Shown here: one piece after another, positions 1-9,666 of the stretch
Numbering within the stretch: the stretch's first letter is position 1
Layout: the number at the start of each line of letters is the position of its first letter
Assembly: GCA_034520965.1 (NCBI GenBank)
Contig: JAXHMY010000003.1
Span: 160,001-224,000 of the forward strand
Length of the DNA stretch: 64,000 bases
Origin: Spirochaetia bacterium
GTDB lineage: Bacteria > Spirochaetota > Spirochaetia > DSM-16054 > Sediminispirochaetaceae
Direction: 5' to 3'
Made by a program: the position numbers and the translations under genes
Notes under the pieces: model-generated
Databases searched by the model: none
What the model was told of the DNA's origin: nothing
The model's input: the letters and a program-made list of their open reading frames with translations, nothing else

Positions 1-626
1 TACCTCTCCCTTCCTTGCGTAGATTACCGCGATACTTAAACATTCTCGAATCTTTTCATATAAAGGGTAAGCACACCGTATCCGCTACCGACATAGCAGA
101 AGAACTTGATCTTAAACCTATTCAAATACGCAAAGATATGGCTTTTACGGGAATTGTCGGTAAACCCAAAGTTGGCTACGATATCAATGAACTAATTAAA
201 TCGATCAGGTCTTTCATCGGATGGCATGAGAACACCTCTGCGATCTTGGTCGGTGCAGGCTCATTGGGCACCGCTTTGATGGGCTATGAGGGCTTTCTCA
301 CTCGCGGGCTTAGAATAGAGGCTGCCTTCGATACCGATGTAAGCAAGCACGGAACCCTTATCTACGACACCCCGGTGTACCCCATGCGGGAACTCTCTAA
401 AATTGTACAACGCAAGAACATCCATTTGGCAGTAATTACTGTCCCTGTTTCGGCTGCTCAATCGGTTACCGATACTCTGGTTGAGTCCGGCATTAACGGA
501 ATTTGGAACTTCAGTCCCGCGGAAATTCAGGTACCCAAACACGTAATTGTAAAGCGTGAGGACCTTTCGGAGGGGCTGGCTGTACTGTTTGTGCAGATGC
601 AGGAAATACAGCACTCCGAGGAATAA
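1..626 (+). CDS. rex: Redox-sensing transcriptional repressor Rex (5' end truncated by window edge)
   Basis: Frame is open from the window edge (PLPSLRRLPRYL). Has the wHTH motif QIRKDM..GKPKVGY, Rossmann GAGSLG and GIWNFSP. Confidence 0.95.
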   Translation, partial: PLPSLRRLPRYLNILESFHIKGKHTVSATDIAEELDLKPIQIRKDMAFTGIVGKPKVGYDINELIKSIRSFIGWHENTSAILVGAGSLGTALMGYEGFLTRGLRIEAAFDTDVSKHGTLIYDTPVYPMRELSKIVQRKNIHLAVITVPVSAAQSVTDTLVESGINGIWNFSPAEIQVPKHVIVKREDLSEGLAVLFVQMQEIQHSEE

Positions 627-651
627 ACCATACAGCAGCTTAGCATTACGT

Positions 652-698
652 AAGCGGCGGCTTAGAGTAAGTGATTTACTCTAAGCCGCCGCTTTTTT
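652..698. terminator. Intrinsic terminator between convergent rex and putP
   Basis: Perfect 19-bp stem AAGCGGCGGCTTAGAGTAA/TTACTCTAAGCCGCCGCTT with a 5-nt loop, followed by a T-run. Confidence 0.9.
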
Positions 699-702
699 CA
701 GC

Positions 703-2188
703 TCAGGTAACAACTTCCTCAACATCTCCGGTGTCCTGCTTGTACTGGCTCACAAAGGTGCCATAGTATTCAGCATCATCGGGTGTAGTAAAGTGGTTTA
801 CAATCCATATTGTCAGGGCATTGGCTATAAAACCGGGCACAATTTCATACATATATGCATTAAACCCAAGGCGCTCCCAAATTATTAAAACCAGTGTACC
901 GGTGATCATACCCGATAGGGCGGATTTCCAGTTTGTTTTCGATGAAAACAGGGAGGCTAAAATTACCGGACCAAAGGCGGCACCGAAACCGCCCCATGCA
1001 TACGAGACCAAACCAAGAATACTGTTATTGGGATTAAGTGCCAGCAGCATTGCAATCAGAGAAATAATAAGTACGCTGATACGGCCAATAACTATCAATT
1101 CTTTCTCGCCGGCATCCTTTTTAATTACTTTTTTATAAAAGTCCTCCGTCAATGCCGAAGAGGAGACTAGCAACTGGCTGTCGATGGTGGACATTATAGC
1201 AGAAAGAATTGCGGCTAAGAGTATTCCTCCGATCCAGGGGTTGAAGAGATCGCGGATCATATAAATAAAGACCTTCTCACTGTCCCCACCGGTTACTTCC
1301 GGGAACATCGGAATAGCTATCAGCCCGACAAATACGGCGAAAGAAAGCGAAAAGGCAACCCATATAATAGCAATAACAGCCGATTTGGGCATCTCCTTCA
1401 CCGATTTAATGCTCATGAAGCGAGAAAGAATGTGGGGCTGACCAAAATATCCCAGCCCCCAAGCGGCTGCCGAAATAACTGCGAAAAAAGGCATCGGCCC
1501 GTCCGGGATAATTGAAGTAGAAATGTTTGACTCTATCATAGCCGTACTAATTCCCTCGAAGCCGCCATGAGTAAAGAAGGCAAGCAGAGGTACAATAATT
1601 ATGGCCACAAACATCAGGCTGCCCTGGAACAAATCGGTCCAGCACACTGCTAAAAACCCGCCTAAAAAGGTATACAAAATAATTACAATACCACCCAGAA
1701 TAACAGCAAGGGAATAGTCGATCGAGAACATAGATTCAAATAATTTCCCCGCCCCTACTAAACCACTTGAAGCGTATATTGTAAAAAAAAGCAGAATAAT
1801 AATCGCGGAAACGATTCTTAGCAATCCGGTGGGATCTTTTAAATCGGTCTTCAAAAAAGGAGGAAATAGTCAATGAGTCGGTTTTTCCTGTATAAACCCG
1901 TAAACGCGGTGCAACCAGCAGCCAGTTCGCCACTGTCCCTAGAAACAAACCAATAGCTATCCAGCTTTGATTCACTCCAAGTAAGAATACTGCGCCGGGA
2001 AGTCCCATCAACAGCCAGCCGCTCATGTCACTCGCCTGTGCGGAGAGTGCGGTTACCCAGCGACCCATTTTACGGCCGCCTAAAAGATAATCTTCAATGT
2101 GGACTGTCTTTTTGTAGAAGTACCACCCTACCGTCATAAGGGCAATAAAGTACACAACAAATGTAATTAGCTCGGCTATGTTAATCAT
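703..2188 (-). CDS. putP: Sodium/proline symporter (SSS family), split by one frameshift near 1838
   Basis: ORFs 1736..2188 (ALSAQASDMSGWLLMGLPG) and 703..1854 (GGFLAVCWTD, GYFGQPHIL) join as FEDRFK-DPTG if one A is removed from a homopolymer run. Confidence 0.92.
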
Positions 2189-2213
2189 AGAACCTCCAAT
2201 GAATATTTATGCA

Positions 2214-2242
2214 ATCATATACATTTTGTTCAACTCTGTCAA
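2214..2242 (-). promoter_or_regulatory. sigma70-type promoter of putP
   Basis: TTGACA-17 nt-TATGAT on the minus strand. Confidence 0.7.
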
Positions 2243-2285
2243 AAAAAAACCGCCCGACGTCGGCAAATACACCGACGGGGCGTTT
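2241..2285 (-). terminator. Intrinsic terminator after the hsp20 pair
   Basis: GC hairpin CGCCCGACGTCGG...CCGACGGGGCG followed by a T9 run on the minus strand. Confidence 0.75.
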
Positions 2286-2308
2286 CTGTTCCGTGGCGTT
2301 TACAGTTA

Positions 2309-2677
2309 TTAGCCTTTCACCTCAATTTTCCGGGGTTTTACTTCCTCTCTAAATTGAAGCGTAATCGTCAAGACTCCATTTTCCATGGTAGCATTTATTG
2401 AATTGCGATCGATACTCTTATCAATAGTAAAATATTTTTCATAACTGCCGCAATTTCTTTCACGAATCAAATAGTTTCCTTCCACACTCTCATCCTGCCG
2501 AGCAGCAAAAATTTGCAGCTGATCATCTTCGATGCTCACGTTCACATCATCTTTCTTGACGCCAGGTACTTCGAGCTGGACCACTACTTTACCTTCTTCT
2601 TCACGAATTCTACTCATAGGGCTTACACAGCGCCCTTCACGTGCTTTTCCTCCGGTTTCCATATAATTCCTCCTCAT
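2309..2677 (-). CDS. Hsp20/alpha-crystallin small heat-shock protein (true start probably the second ATG, METGG)
   Basis: EVPGVKKDDV, RER, NGVLTITL and KPRKIEV motifs. GAGGAGG SD precedes the second ATG. Confidence 0.92.
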   Translation of the reverse strand: MRRNYMETGGKAREGRCVSPMSRIREEEGKVVVQLEVPGVKKDDVNVSIEDDQLQIFAARQDESVEGNYLIRERNCGSYEKYFTIDKSIDRNSINATMENGVLTITLQFREEVKPRKIEVKG

Positions 2678-2686
2678 AGATTCTTA

Positions 2687-3142
2687 TTAGCTGACTTTTA
2701 CATTGATTTGACGGGGCTTAACCTCTTCGCGCTTAGCAATCGTGATTTCTAATATTCCGTCATGCAGATCTGCTTCAACCTTATTCGGATCTACACTATC
2801 GGGTAAAGAAATTGTACGTTGAAATACACCGCTCCAGGTTTCATTCCGGTATTTTTTTGCTTCATCTTTACCCTCTTCCGGCTTTTTTTCACCTTTTATG
2901 GTTAACACATTCCGGGCAAGAGAAAGATCCAAATCCTCCTTGCTTATTCCCGGCATATCACAGCGAATTACCAGTGAGTCAGTTTTTTCGATTACATCAA
3001 CCGGCGGAGATGCCGGGCGATCGAACAATCCTCTAGTGCCCTGGTAGTCAAAATTGAAAAGATTATTAATTTCATTCTGCAGGCGCTCAAACTCGCCCAT
3101 AGGATCAAGGTTTTTGTCCTGCCTTCCTCTTACTAAATCCAT
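2687..3142 (-). CDS. Hsp20/alpha-crystallin small heat-shock protein
   Basis: PPVDV, DMPGI, FQRTISLP, DGILEITI and KPRQINV motifs. AAGGAGG SD. Confidence 0.95.
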   Translation of the reverse strand: MDLVRGRQDKNLDPMGEFERLQNEINNLFNFDYQGTRGLFDRPASPPVDVIEKTDSLVIRCDMPGISKEDLDLSLARNVLTIKGEKKPEEGKDEAKKYRNETWSGVFQRTISLPDSVDPNKVEADLHDGILEITIAKREEVKPRQINVKVS

Positions 3143-3176
3143 AGCATTCCTCCTTGCTTTTATTCTATAAAATATG

Positions 3177-3194
3177 TAGCAATTTTTGTGCCAA
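3177..3194 (-). promoter_or_regulatory. sigma54 (-24/-12) promoter of the hsp20 operon
   Basis: Minus strand reads TTGGCACAAAAATTGCTA, matching the consensus TGGCAC-N5-TTGC(A/T), 35 nt upstream of the ATG. Confidence 0.85.
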
Positions 3195-3422
3195 TTTAGT
3201 TTAGAAGTCTTTATTTCATTGCAATATAGCTAATTAGCATTACTTTATCTACTCCCTGTTATCGTTTTAAATTCTTTCCGGTGAGTCAAAGAACTACACT
3301 CAAGCTGCCGGCTTTGAAGCAGAATGGATCTTTTTGACCCATTTGCTTACAAAGGGGTGAGTAAATTTAGTCCGCTTTTATTTCTGTACAGACGCTGTCT
3401 TTTGTATTAGTATATTGATTCG

Positions 3423-3680
3423 ATGGAAAACACAGGTGCATATATACGCTGCCGTAACTGCGGAAGATACGTACTCCAGGAACAGGCGTACAACAACTAT
3501 TTTTGCAGTTCAATCTGCAGCCAAAAATTCGTACGCTGTAAAAATTGCGGCACCTATTTTTTAGTTAGTGATTCTCAGTATGCGGAGTTTTGCTCCAAGG
3601 AGTGTGCTCACAGCTGGGAGCATCCATTAAAGGAAGTGCCTCATTCCCATGATGATGATGATGAAGGAGTGATAATATGA
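3423..3680 (+). CDS. Small Cys-rich putative zinc-binding protein with two C4 repeats
   Basis: CRNCG..FCSSIC and CKNCG..FCSKEC repeats, His/Asp-rich tail, ATGA overlap with adk. Confidence 0.75.
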   Translation: MENTGAYIRCRNCGRYVLQEQAYNNYFCSSICSQKFVRCKNCGTYFLVSDSQYAEFCSKECAHSWEHPLKEVPHSHDDDDEGVII

Positions 3681-4312
3681 ATTTAATCTTTCTAGGCCCC
3701 CCGGGGGCTGGTAAAGGTACAATTGCAGTTCGTGTGAAAGAAAGCTACCACATCCCGCACATCTCTACCGGAGATCTATTTCGAGCCCATATCAATAACA
3801 AAACCGAGGTAGGCACTCAGGTACAGGCTATCCTTGACTCGGGAGAACTGGTTCCGGATGAGTTAACCATAGAAATGGTACGCCAACGTTTACAAGAAGA
3901 CGACAGCCGCAATGGTTTTATTCTGGACGGATTTCCACGAACAATTCCTCAGGCAGAGGCCTTAGAGAGTTTCGCGCAAATCGACGGAGTTCTCAATTTT
4001 GAACTAAGCAAAGAAAGCATTGTGAAACGCCTCTCCGGCCGCAGAATTGCTAAGCAGTCGGGTAAGGTCTATCACATTCACTACAATCCTCCGAAAGTAG
4101 AAGGAAAGTGCGATGAAAGTGGTGAAACACTTATCCAACGGCCCGACGACAAACCCGAGGCCATAGAAAACCGTTTGGAAGTGTACCAGAGGCAAACTGC
4201 CCCTCTTATCAATTATTATGCCGAAAAGAATCTTTTGATTGCAATCGACGCCGAACCCTCTGCAGATGATGTCTTTAAGCAGGTAAAGGAAAAATTGGAA
4301 AGCTTAAAATAG
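3677..4312 (+). CDS. adk: Adenylate kinase
   Basis: GPPGAGKGT P-loop, HISTGDLFR, LDGFPRT, QRPDD. Confidence 0.98.
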   Translation: MNLIFLGPPGAGKGTIAVRVKESYHIPHISTGDLFRAHINNKTEVGTQVQAILDSGELVPDELTIEMVRQRLQEDDSRNGFILDGFPRTIPQAEALESFAQIDGVLNFELSKESIVKRLSGRRIAKQSGKVYHIHYNPPKVEGKCDESGETLIQRPDDKPEAIENRLEVYQRQTAPLINYYAEKNLLIAIDAEPSADDVFKQVKEKLESLK

Positions 4313-4374
4313 CACCAAATTAGTGTTTCGGCTTTTTTCTTGAAGAACCGGTTACTCAAAGCTCCGGTCTAAGT

Positions 4375-5358
4375 TCACTCCTCAGCCTCTTCCGACGGCG
4401 ACGCTTCGTCTGCTGCCTCCTCTACCGCTGCTTCGACTGCGTCAAAGAGCTGGACACGTTGAAGCTCCGCCTCCATCGCAGAGAGAGCCTCTGCTTTATT
4501 CTGTTCATCCAAGGCTGTGTACAGAGCCGACAGTGTAGCGACATCCCTAAATCCGGCCTCCAGGGCACCTTTAAGAGCCGCGATACCGCGGGTGTTCTCT
4601 TCGAGCTGTACCAGTAGAATACGGGCTTGCTGCAGCAAAAACCGCCCCTTCTCCGCTTCTTCCGCCCTCGCGCTCATTTGCCTATATATATCCAGGGCTT
4701 CAGTAAAGTCCCGCTCTTTGACATATGCGGCTGCCAGCTCTGATAAAACTGTCTGGTTCTGCGGATCCTGCTCAAAGGCCCTCTCAAACCATCCCAGCCC
4801 ACTGCCCCACTCCAGCTTCTGTTCAAGCTGACCAAGGAGCAGTAGTAACTCGGCATCGGAGTTTTTACCGTACACACACTTTAGCAGCAGGGAGTACGCC
4901 TCGGCATACTCCTGCCGCTCGGACAGCAGTAATGATAAATTGTATCGGACATTACAGTTGGCAGGGTCTTTTTCGATTAATGAACGGTAGAGACTCTGGG
5001 CTTGATCAATTTTTCCACGTTTTAACTCCACCCACGCCAGGGTTTCTAAAAATGTTATATTCCCCCTATCCGCTTCTAGCAACTGATGCAGAATAGCGGC
5101 TGCCTTGGAATAGTTTTGGCTGTAAATATGAACCCGCGCCATGTTATATCCGGCTCGATACATATTCGGTTCAATCTCGAGGGCCCGGGCAAAGGCGTTT
5201 TCCGCCTTACCCCAGTCTTCAAGCTCAATATATGCGTTCCCGAGGTTATAGTACGTTTCCGCCAGTTCGCGCTGCTGTGGGCTTGTCCGACAGCCTACAA
5301 GCGATAAGAGCAGCACCATAGCTACCAACAGCCCCCCGGCTCTACGCAAGAACATCAC
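4375..5358 (-). CDS. TPR-repeat lipoprotein
   Basis: Lipobox LVGC and TPR signatures ([16 protein letters not shown]). Confidence 0.85.
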   Translation of the reverse strand: MMFLRRAGGLLVAMVLLLSLVGCRTSPQQRELAETYYNLGNAYIELEDWGKAENAFARALEIEPNMYRAGYNMARVHIYSQNYSKAAAILHQLLEADRGNITFLETLAWVELKRGKIDQAQSLYRSLIEKDPANCNVRYNLSLLLSERQEYAEAYSLLLKCVYGKNSDAELLLLLGQLEQKLEWGSGLGWFERAFEQDPQNQTVLSELAAAYVKERDFTEALDIYRQMSARAEEAEKGRFLLQQARILLVQLEENTRGIAALKGALEAGFRDVATLSALYTALDEQNKAEALSAMEAELQRVQLFDAVEAAVEEAADEASPSEEAEE

Positions 5359-6436
5359 GTACGCCCCAACACCGTTTCTTCGATTTTCCTCACCTGTGCG
5401 CGGTAAAGTGAGGCAATATTCGCACCATAATCTGCTATCAACTGAATAATGTTTCGGGGCATCTCCTCCATATCCGGTCCGTTTAAGCGGTCGCCGGCAT
5501 CACCCAGACCGGGCAGGATATAGGCATCATCATTTAAAACCGGATCCATCCAGAGAGTATAGACATCGGCCTGCTCCAGAGCTCTCACAATCCGCAAGGA
5601 GCTCCCTTTAAAGCCGAAATTACGTTCAGACATTTGATAGAACGGGGCTTAACCCCCTGGTCCAACAAATATTTTACAATCGTCACAAAACTGCCCCCGG
5701 TGGCATTCATCGGGTCGGCAAAGACAAGGTCCTTACCCTGTAAATTTTCTAAACTAAAGAAGGACTTTTTCAAATCGAGAATATACTCCATATTATACTC
5801 CTTTTTTGAATCGTCCCTTTTTATCTTGAAAAGTGCAAAGGGAGATACATAATTCGAAGACGAGTACTCTTGTATCTCCTTGCTCATGATCATCGAAGGC
5901 AGAAGCGAGCCTCGCAGCATCACACACATCACCGTATTCTCTATATCCACATCTACATCCGGTATTTTATGCACAGCGTAGTTCTGCACCGGATTTGTAA
6001 CCGGTGTATTGGTAATTAGATAGTTTTTCTTGTGGGTGGCATTTTCAGTAAAAGCCAGATTAAAGAGCAGTTCATAGGCTCGCTGGATATAATATACAAA
6101 CTCCTGGTTCTGGGTCTTAGTATTCCGCAGTTTTGAAATCAGACGGGAGGCCTCACCATGAACCTCTTTCGGAGTATCAAAAGAGTATACATGTATACGC
6201 GGCTCTTCCTGGACAATGCTCTGCATCTGTTTGCCCATAGAGTCGTACACCTTGATCAGCTCTTGTTTGGCCTCACTGAGCCGGCGTTCATTGCTGGTTT
6301 TCGATAAGACATCAAAAATACCTATCGCCCTACTATAGAGGCTATTCATGGCATCAATTTGCCGATGATCCTCTTCGGTGAGATATCCGTCTAAATCCGT
6401 TGCTTTTAAGATAATCGAGCCCGTTGCCTCTGCCAT
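5355..6436 (-). CDS. upp: Uracil phosphoribosyltransferase-like protein with long N-terminal extension, split by a frameshift near 5605
   Basis: [17 protein letters not shown] loop and [12 protein letters not shown] motif. AAGGAG SD before ATG 6436. ORFs 5585..6532 and 5355..5633 join at ISALKG-LRIVRA. Confidence 0.85.
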
Positions 6437-6455
6437 ATGTAACTCCTTTAGTGTA

Positions 6456-6484
6456 AATGTAGCCGCTAGAGTATTACGGGTCAA
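6456..6484 (-). promoter_or_regulatory. sigma70-type promoter of upp
   Basis: TTGACC-17 nt-TACATT. Confidence 0.6.
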
Positions 6485-6498
6485 GATGTCCTTCACAA

Positions 6499-6600
6499 CA
6501 GCAATTCTAAATTTAGATCTGAAGACTTCCATTTGATATTTGCACTACAAATTGGTATAATCCGAACTATTAACTTGCATTTGGTATGATAATTTATTAA
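6499..6600. repeat. Highly decayed copy of the three-hairpin MITE
   Basis: Starts CAGCAATTCTAAATTT (identical to 38068-38083) and contains AAGACTTCCA, as in copy 46446. No TSD found. Confidence 0.45.
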
Positions 6601-6642
6601 TGTTAGTAGCAGAACAGTTATTCTATAAGGAGAATAAAAGCA

Positions 6643-7422
6643 ATGAAGAAAACAGTATTTTTACTAATCGTCCTTTTCATCCTGAGCAGCGCTATGGTAT
6701 CCGCTCAAAGCCTCAAGGGAATGTCCCTCAACGGTGCTACCGGTCTGATCAGCATACCCAGCGGCAGAATCGGCTGGGAGCGCAGCTCGGATTTCGGTTT
6801 TGATTTGGGTTACCACGCCATAATTGATGAAAACGTAACCACCCATATACCAAAGGTCTCGGTCAGCCTTTTCCGTACTCTGGAGCTTTCCTTTGCGTAT
6901 GATACTCAGGACCGGCCGGAAAACTCCGACACGATTATCGGCGGGAAGATCCAGCTGCCGACCAATCGTGCCTCGGCAATCGCCGTCGGAGGTAATATTC
7001 AAATGCTCCAGCATAATGAAAATGAAACCGACGCCCAGCAGATTTACCTTGCGGCCACCTATCCCGGCGACTTCTTCAACATGCCGGCGGAAACTACAGT
7101 AGTAATCGGCAAGAGCTTCGGCGACGCCGCCCCCGACGATGCAATCGACTTTGGCATGGGCTTTGACCTGCTGCTGTTCCCTAAAACCTTCCAGGGCTAC
7201 GTGCACTGGATCAACGACTTCGCCAACTTCTCCTACAGCCAGCAGGCTATCGGTGCCAACGCCACCAACCGTGGAGTTTTTAATTCCGGCATAAGAATCG
7301 ACCTGGGCGCCTCCGATGCATTTTCGGGATATAAATTTGTAATAGATGCAATCATTACCGACGCTTTGGACGGCAACAGAGCCTTCGCCCTCGGTTTTGC
7401 TTTTGGGGCTCCATTAAAATAG
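6643..7422 (+). CDS. Exported, probable outer-membrane beta-barrel protein (YjbH-like N-terminus)
   Basis: Signal peptide, GATGLISIPS motif, alternating amphipathic beta-strands, AAGGAG SD. Confidence 0.65.
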   Translation: MKKTVFLLIVLFILSSAMVSAQSLKGMSLNGATGLISIPSGRIGWERSSDFGFDLGYHAIIDENVTTHIPKVSVSLFRTLELSFAYDTQDRPENSDTIIGGKIQLPTNRASAIAVGGNIQMLQHNENETDAQQIYLAATYPGDFFNMPAETTVVIGKSFGDAAPDDAIDFGMGFDLLLFPKTFQGYVHWINDFANFSYSQQAIGANATNRGVFNSGIRIDLGASDAFSGYKFVIDAIITDALDGNRAFALGFAFGAPLK

Positions 7423-7453
7423 CTCAACTACTTATCTAATCCACCCTTACACA

Positions 7454-7493
7454 CAAAAAACGGGCTGCCCGAGTAATTCTCGAGCAGCCCGTA
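7454..7493 (-). terminator. Intrinsic terminator of the tRNA operon
   Basis: Stem ACGGGCTGC..GCAGCCCGT with a T6 run on the minus strand. Confidence 0.8.
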
Positions 7494-7497
7494 TAGG

Positions 7498-7569
7498 CAT
7501 CTCCTGGGGGAGTCGAACCCCCGTTGCCGGGATGAAAACCCGGTGTCCTAACCACTAGACGAAGGAGAC
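7498..7569 (-). tRNA. tRNA-Glu(TTC), CCA not encoded
   Basis: GTCTCCTTCGTCTAGTGGTTAGGACACCGGGT-TTTCA-TCCCGG...GGTTCGACTC cloverleaf. Confidence 0.97.
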
Positions 7570-7588
7570 GTAAAAGCAAAATAACAAT

Positions 7589-7661
7589 TGAGCCGCGCTG
7601 GGTTCGAACCAGCGACCCACGCCTTAAAAGGGCGTTGCTCTACCAGCTGAGCTAGCGGCCC
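7589..7661 (-). tRNA. tRNA-Lys(TTT), CCA not encoded
   Basis: GGGCCGCTAGCTCAGCTGGTAGAGCAACGCC-CTTTTAA-GGCGT...GGTTCGAACCC cloverleaf. Confidence 0.97.
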
Positions 7662-7680
7662 AGTTTCTGAATGCTCGGGA

Positions 7681-7709
7681 AATATACCAACTTGCCGAAA
7701 AAATGTCAA
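7681..7709 (-). promoter_or_regulatory. Strong sigma70 promoter of the tRNA-Lys/tRNA-Glu operon
   Basis: TTGACA-17 nt-TATATT with an extended TG. Confidence 0.85.
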
Positions 7710-7746
7710 GCTATAGCCAATTGAAAGATCAGCTTATTTATACTAT

Positions 7747-8898
7747 TTAGCTCCGGAACTCCAGCCCCAATTGAAGGTTATAGACAGGTGCCAATCCCGG
7801 CTCTGTAGAACGCTCAGTACCGAACATAGAGGCGTTCAGCCGAAAATAATGTAGGTCCAAACCGATACCGGCTGCCGGCAGCCCCTGTGATAAGCCTAAG
7901 CGTACATCCAGAATTTCCATTACCGTAATCTCGGCACCCAAACCAACATGCAGTATCGGGTTGTCCGATAACTCCGGATAAAGCCAAAAATCGAAGATGT
8001 CCGTATAATCTAACAGCAGCTTAATCTCACTAATCGAATAGCGGCCCAGGTCAGCCTTCGGCAGATACATCATACCGATATCCAGCTGAAAAGGCATGGT
8101 ATCGTAAGTACTCTCTCCTCCAGGAACCGGAGCTGCTCCCTCGAGAAAATCAGTCACGTTATAATAGCGGGTCGTGAGGGTTGGACTGTATACATCCCGG
8201 CCAACCAGCCCCACTACCCAGGAATCCTTCCATTCATAACGCAGGCCCAAATCGGCACCGATGAACGAGGTAAAACTAAAGGGCTCGTTGAGTAAAACAT
8301 TATAATTTAGGTCCATTATATCGACTACCGACATTCCCCCGTCGATCGCACCACGAAAGCCCCCCTTCAGCATAATACCCGCATCAAGTTTATGAATATC
8401 CCCTGAAAAGGGCAACCGGTAGGCATAGCCGCCGGTCATGACAATGTCGTCCCACACATCTACATTGGCGGTAAGTGAATTGTCGCTGCTGAGTCTAAGA
8501 CTGCTCTGATTGAACACCCCGAAGCCGAGGCCTTTGCCGATATAGCCGAAGGAAAGCGGCCCCAGCAAATCAATTCCTGTATAAATACCGTTTATCAAAT
8601 CCGCAAGTTCGGTCAGCTCTCCAGTGGTGATAATATCGGCCATAGAAAACACCGGCCCCTTAAGACCAAGGGTCAACTCGGCAATCGATACTTCCTCCGG
8701 CGAGCTGTAGTAGCCGGCCGGATTATTCACCAGCGAAGAAAACGAGTCTGAGAGCGCCGCATGCCGCCCCCCCAGGGCCGCATCACGAGGAGAAATCAGA
8801 TGCACCGGATCCTGATAAGCCCAGAGCGGAGCCGCCATGACCATGAACAAAATAAAAAGAGCAAATAGTAAAGCACCGACTTTGTATTTATATCCCAT
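7747..8898 (-). CDS. Outer-membrane beta-barrel protein, FadL/PorV/TraF-like (paralog 2)
   Basis: Signal peptide, N-terminal ALGG..A...NNPAG hatch motif, beta-strand pattern, aromatic C-terminal strand. Confidence 0.75.
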   Translation of the reverse strand: MGYKYKVGALLFALFILFMVMAAPLWAYQDPVHLISPRDAALGGRHAALSDSFSSLVNNPAGYYSSPEEVSIAELTLGLKGPVFSMADIITTGELTELADLINGIYTGIDLLGPLSFGYIGKGLGFGVFNQSSLRLSSDNSLTANVDVWDDIVMTGGYAYRLPFSGDIHKLDAGIMLKGGFRGAIDGGMSVVDIMDLNYNVLLNEPFSFTSFIGADLGLRYEWKDSWVVGLVGRDVYSPTLTTRYYNVTDFLEGAAPVPGGESTYDTMPFQLDIGMMYLPKADLGRYSISEIKLLLDYTDIFDFWLYPELSDNPILHVGLGAEITVMEILDVRLGLSQGLPAAGIGLDLHYFRLNASMFGTERSTEPGLAPVYNLQLGLEFRS

Positions 8899-8910
8899 GA
8901 GAACTCCCTG

Positions 8911-9562
8911 TTAGCTGTAATTGAGTAGCGTGTCAAGATCTCCAGAATCGTAGCCACCTTGATTGCTGAATGTAAAAGAGCGGTCTGTTGATCCCAGTCG
9001 TACCATTTTATCCGCCTGATTAAGAATCAGCGAATCGTTCAAGATCAGTAATAGCTGTAGAAAAATCTAATAACGGATCATTATCAACCGCTGATATTAA
9101 ACTTGCCGCAGCGACAGTAAGATACTCTTCTGATGTCACTTCAGAAGCTGTGGTCGGATCGTCGGTTGCGTCAGACCATGCTGTCTGACTGCATTGTCCA
9201 ACATGTCCGAATCTATAGTGTCCAAGATATGTCTCTAAAGTGCTGGTACTGCCGGATTCCAGATCGTTTCAAGGCCTGTTCAACTGCTTCATTGATCCTG
9301 ATGCCCCCACAGCCAGCTTTGATGCCAGTAGCTGGACTTCCGGATCAGTGTTGTCTTTAATGGCCTCGTAGGCATCAGCCATAGCGTCTTTATCGCCGCT
9401 GCCAAGTATACTCTTCGCATAGGAGATCTGTTGGGCTTCTGATAGATTCGAAGGATCGCGCTGGGCCCACTCAAATATGCTGTAGGTAAACATCTGTTCA
9501 CACGAAATCAGCAAGATAGGAAGGATTACAATCAGCAGTGTTCCCTTCATTTTTTTTTCCAT
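8911..9562 (-). pseudogene. Acidic helical lipoprotein (~215 aa) broken by several indels (pseudogene or assembly errors)
   Basis: Lipobox LISC and AGGAGG SD. The reading frame can be traced across shifts (INEAVEQAL..TIDSDMLDNAV..EVTSEEYLTVAAASLISAV..) to GDLDTLLNYS-TAA at 8911. Confidence 0.65.
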
Positions 9563-9617
9563 AGTTCCCTCCTGTTTCTATTTCGGCGCACCGGCCTATA
9601 CTCTTGAACGGTGAACC

Positions 9618-9657
9618 AACTAAAAGGGCGGGTTTATTTACCCGCCCGTCTTTAGTT
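9618..9657 (-). terminator. Hairpin/terminator between the two cassettes
   Basis: AACTAAA.GGGCGGGT..ACCCGCCC..TTTAGTT inverted repeat. Confidence 0.65.
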
Positions 9658-9666
9658 ATACGATAT

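Noticed and set aside
1830..1860. Programmed frameshifting or phase variation in putP, pta or XPB
   Set aside because: Runs are short, no stimulatory structure is evident, and similar indels are scattered across unrelated genes.
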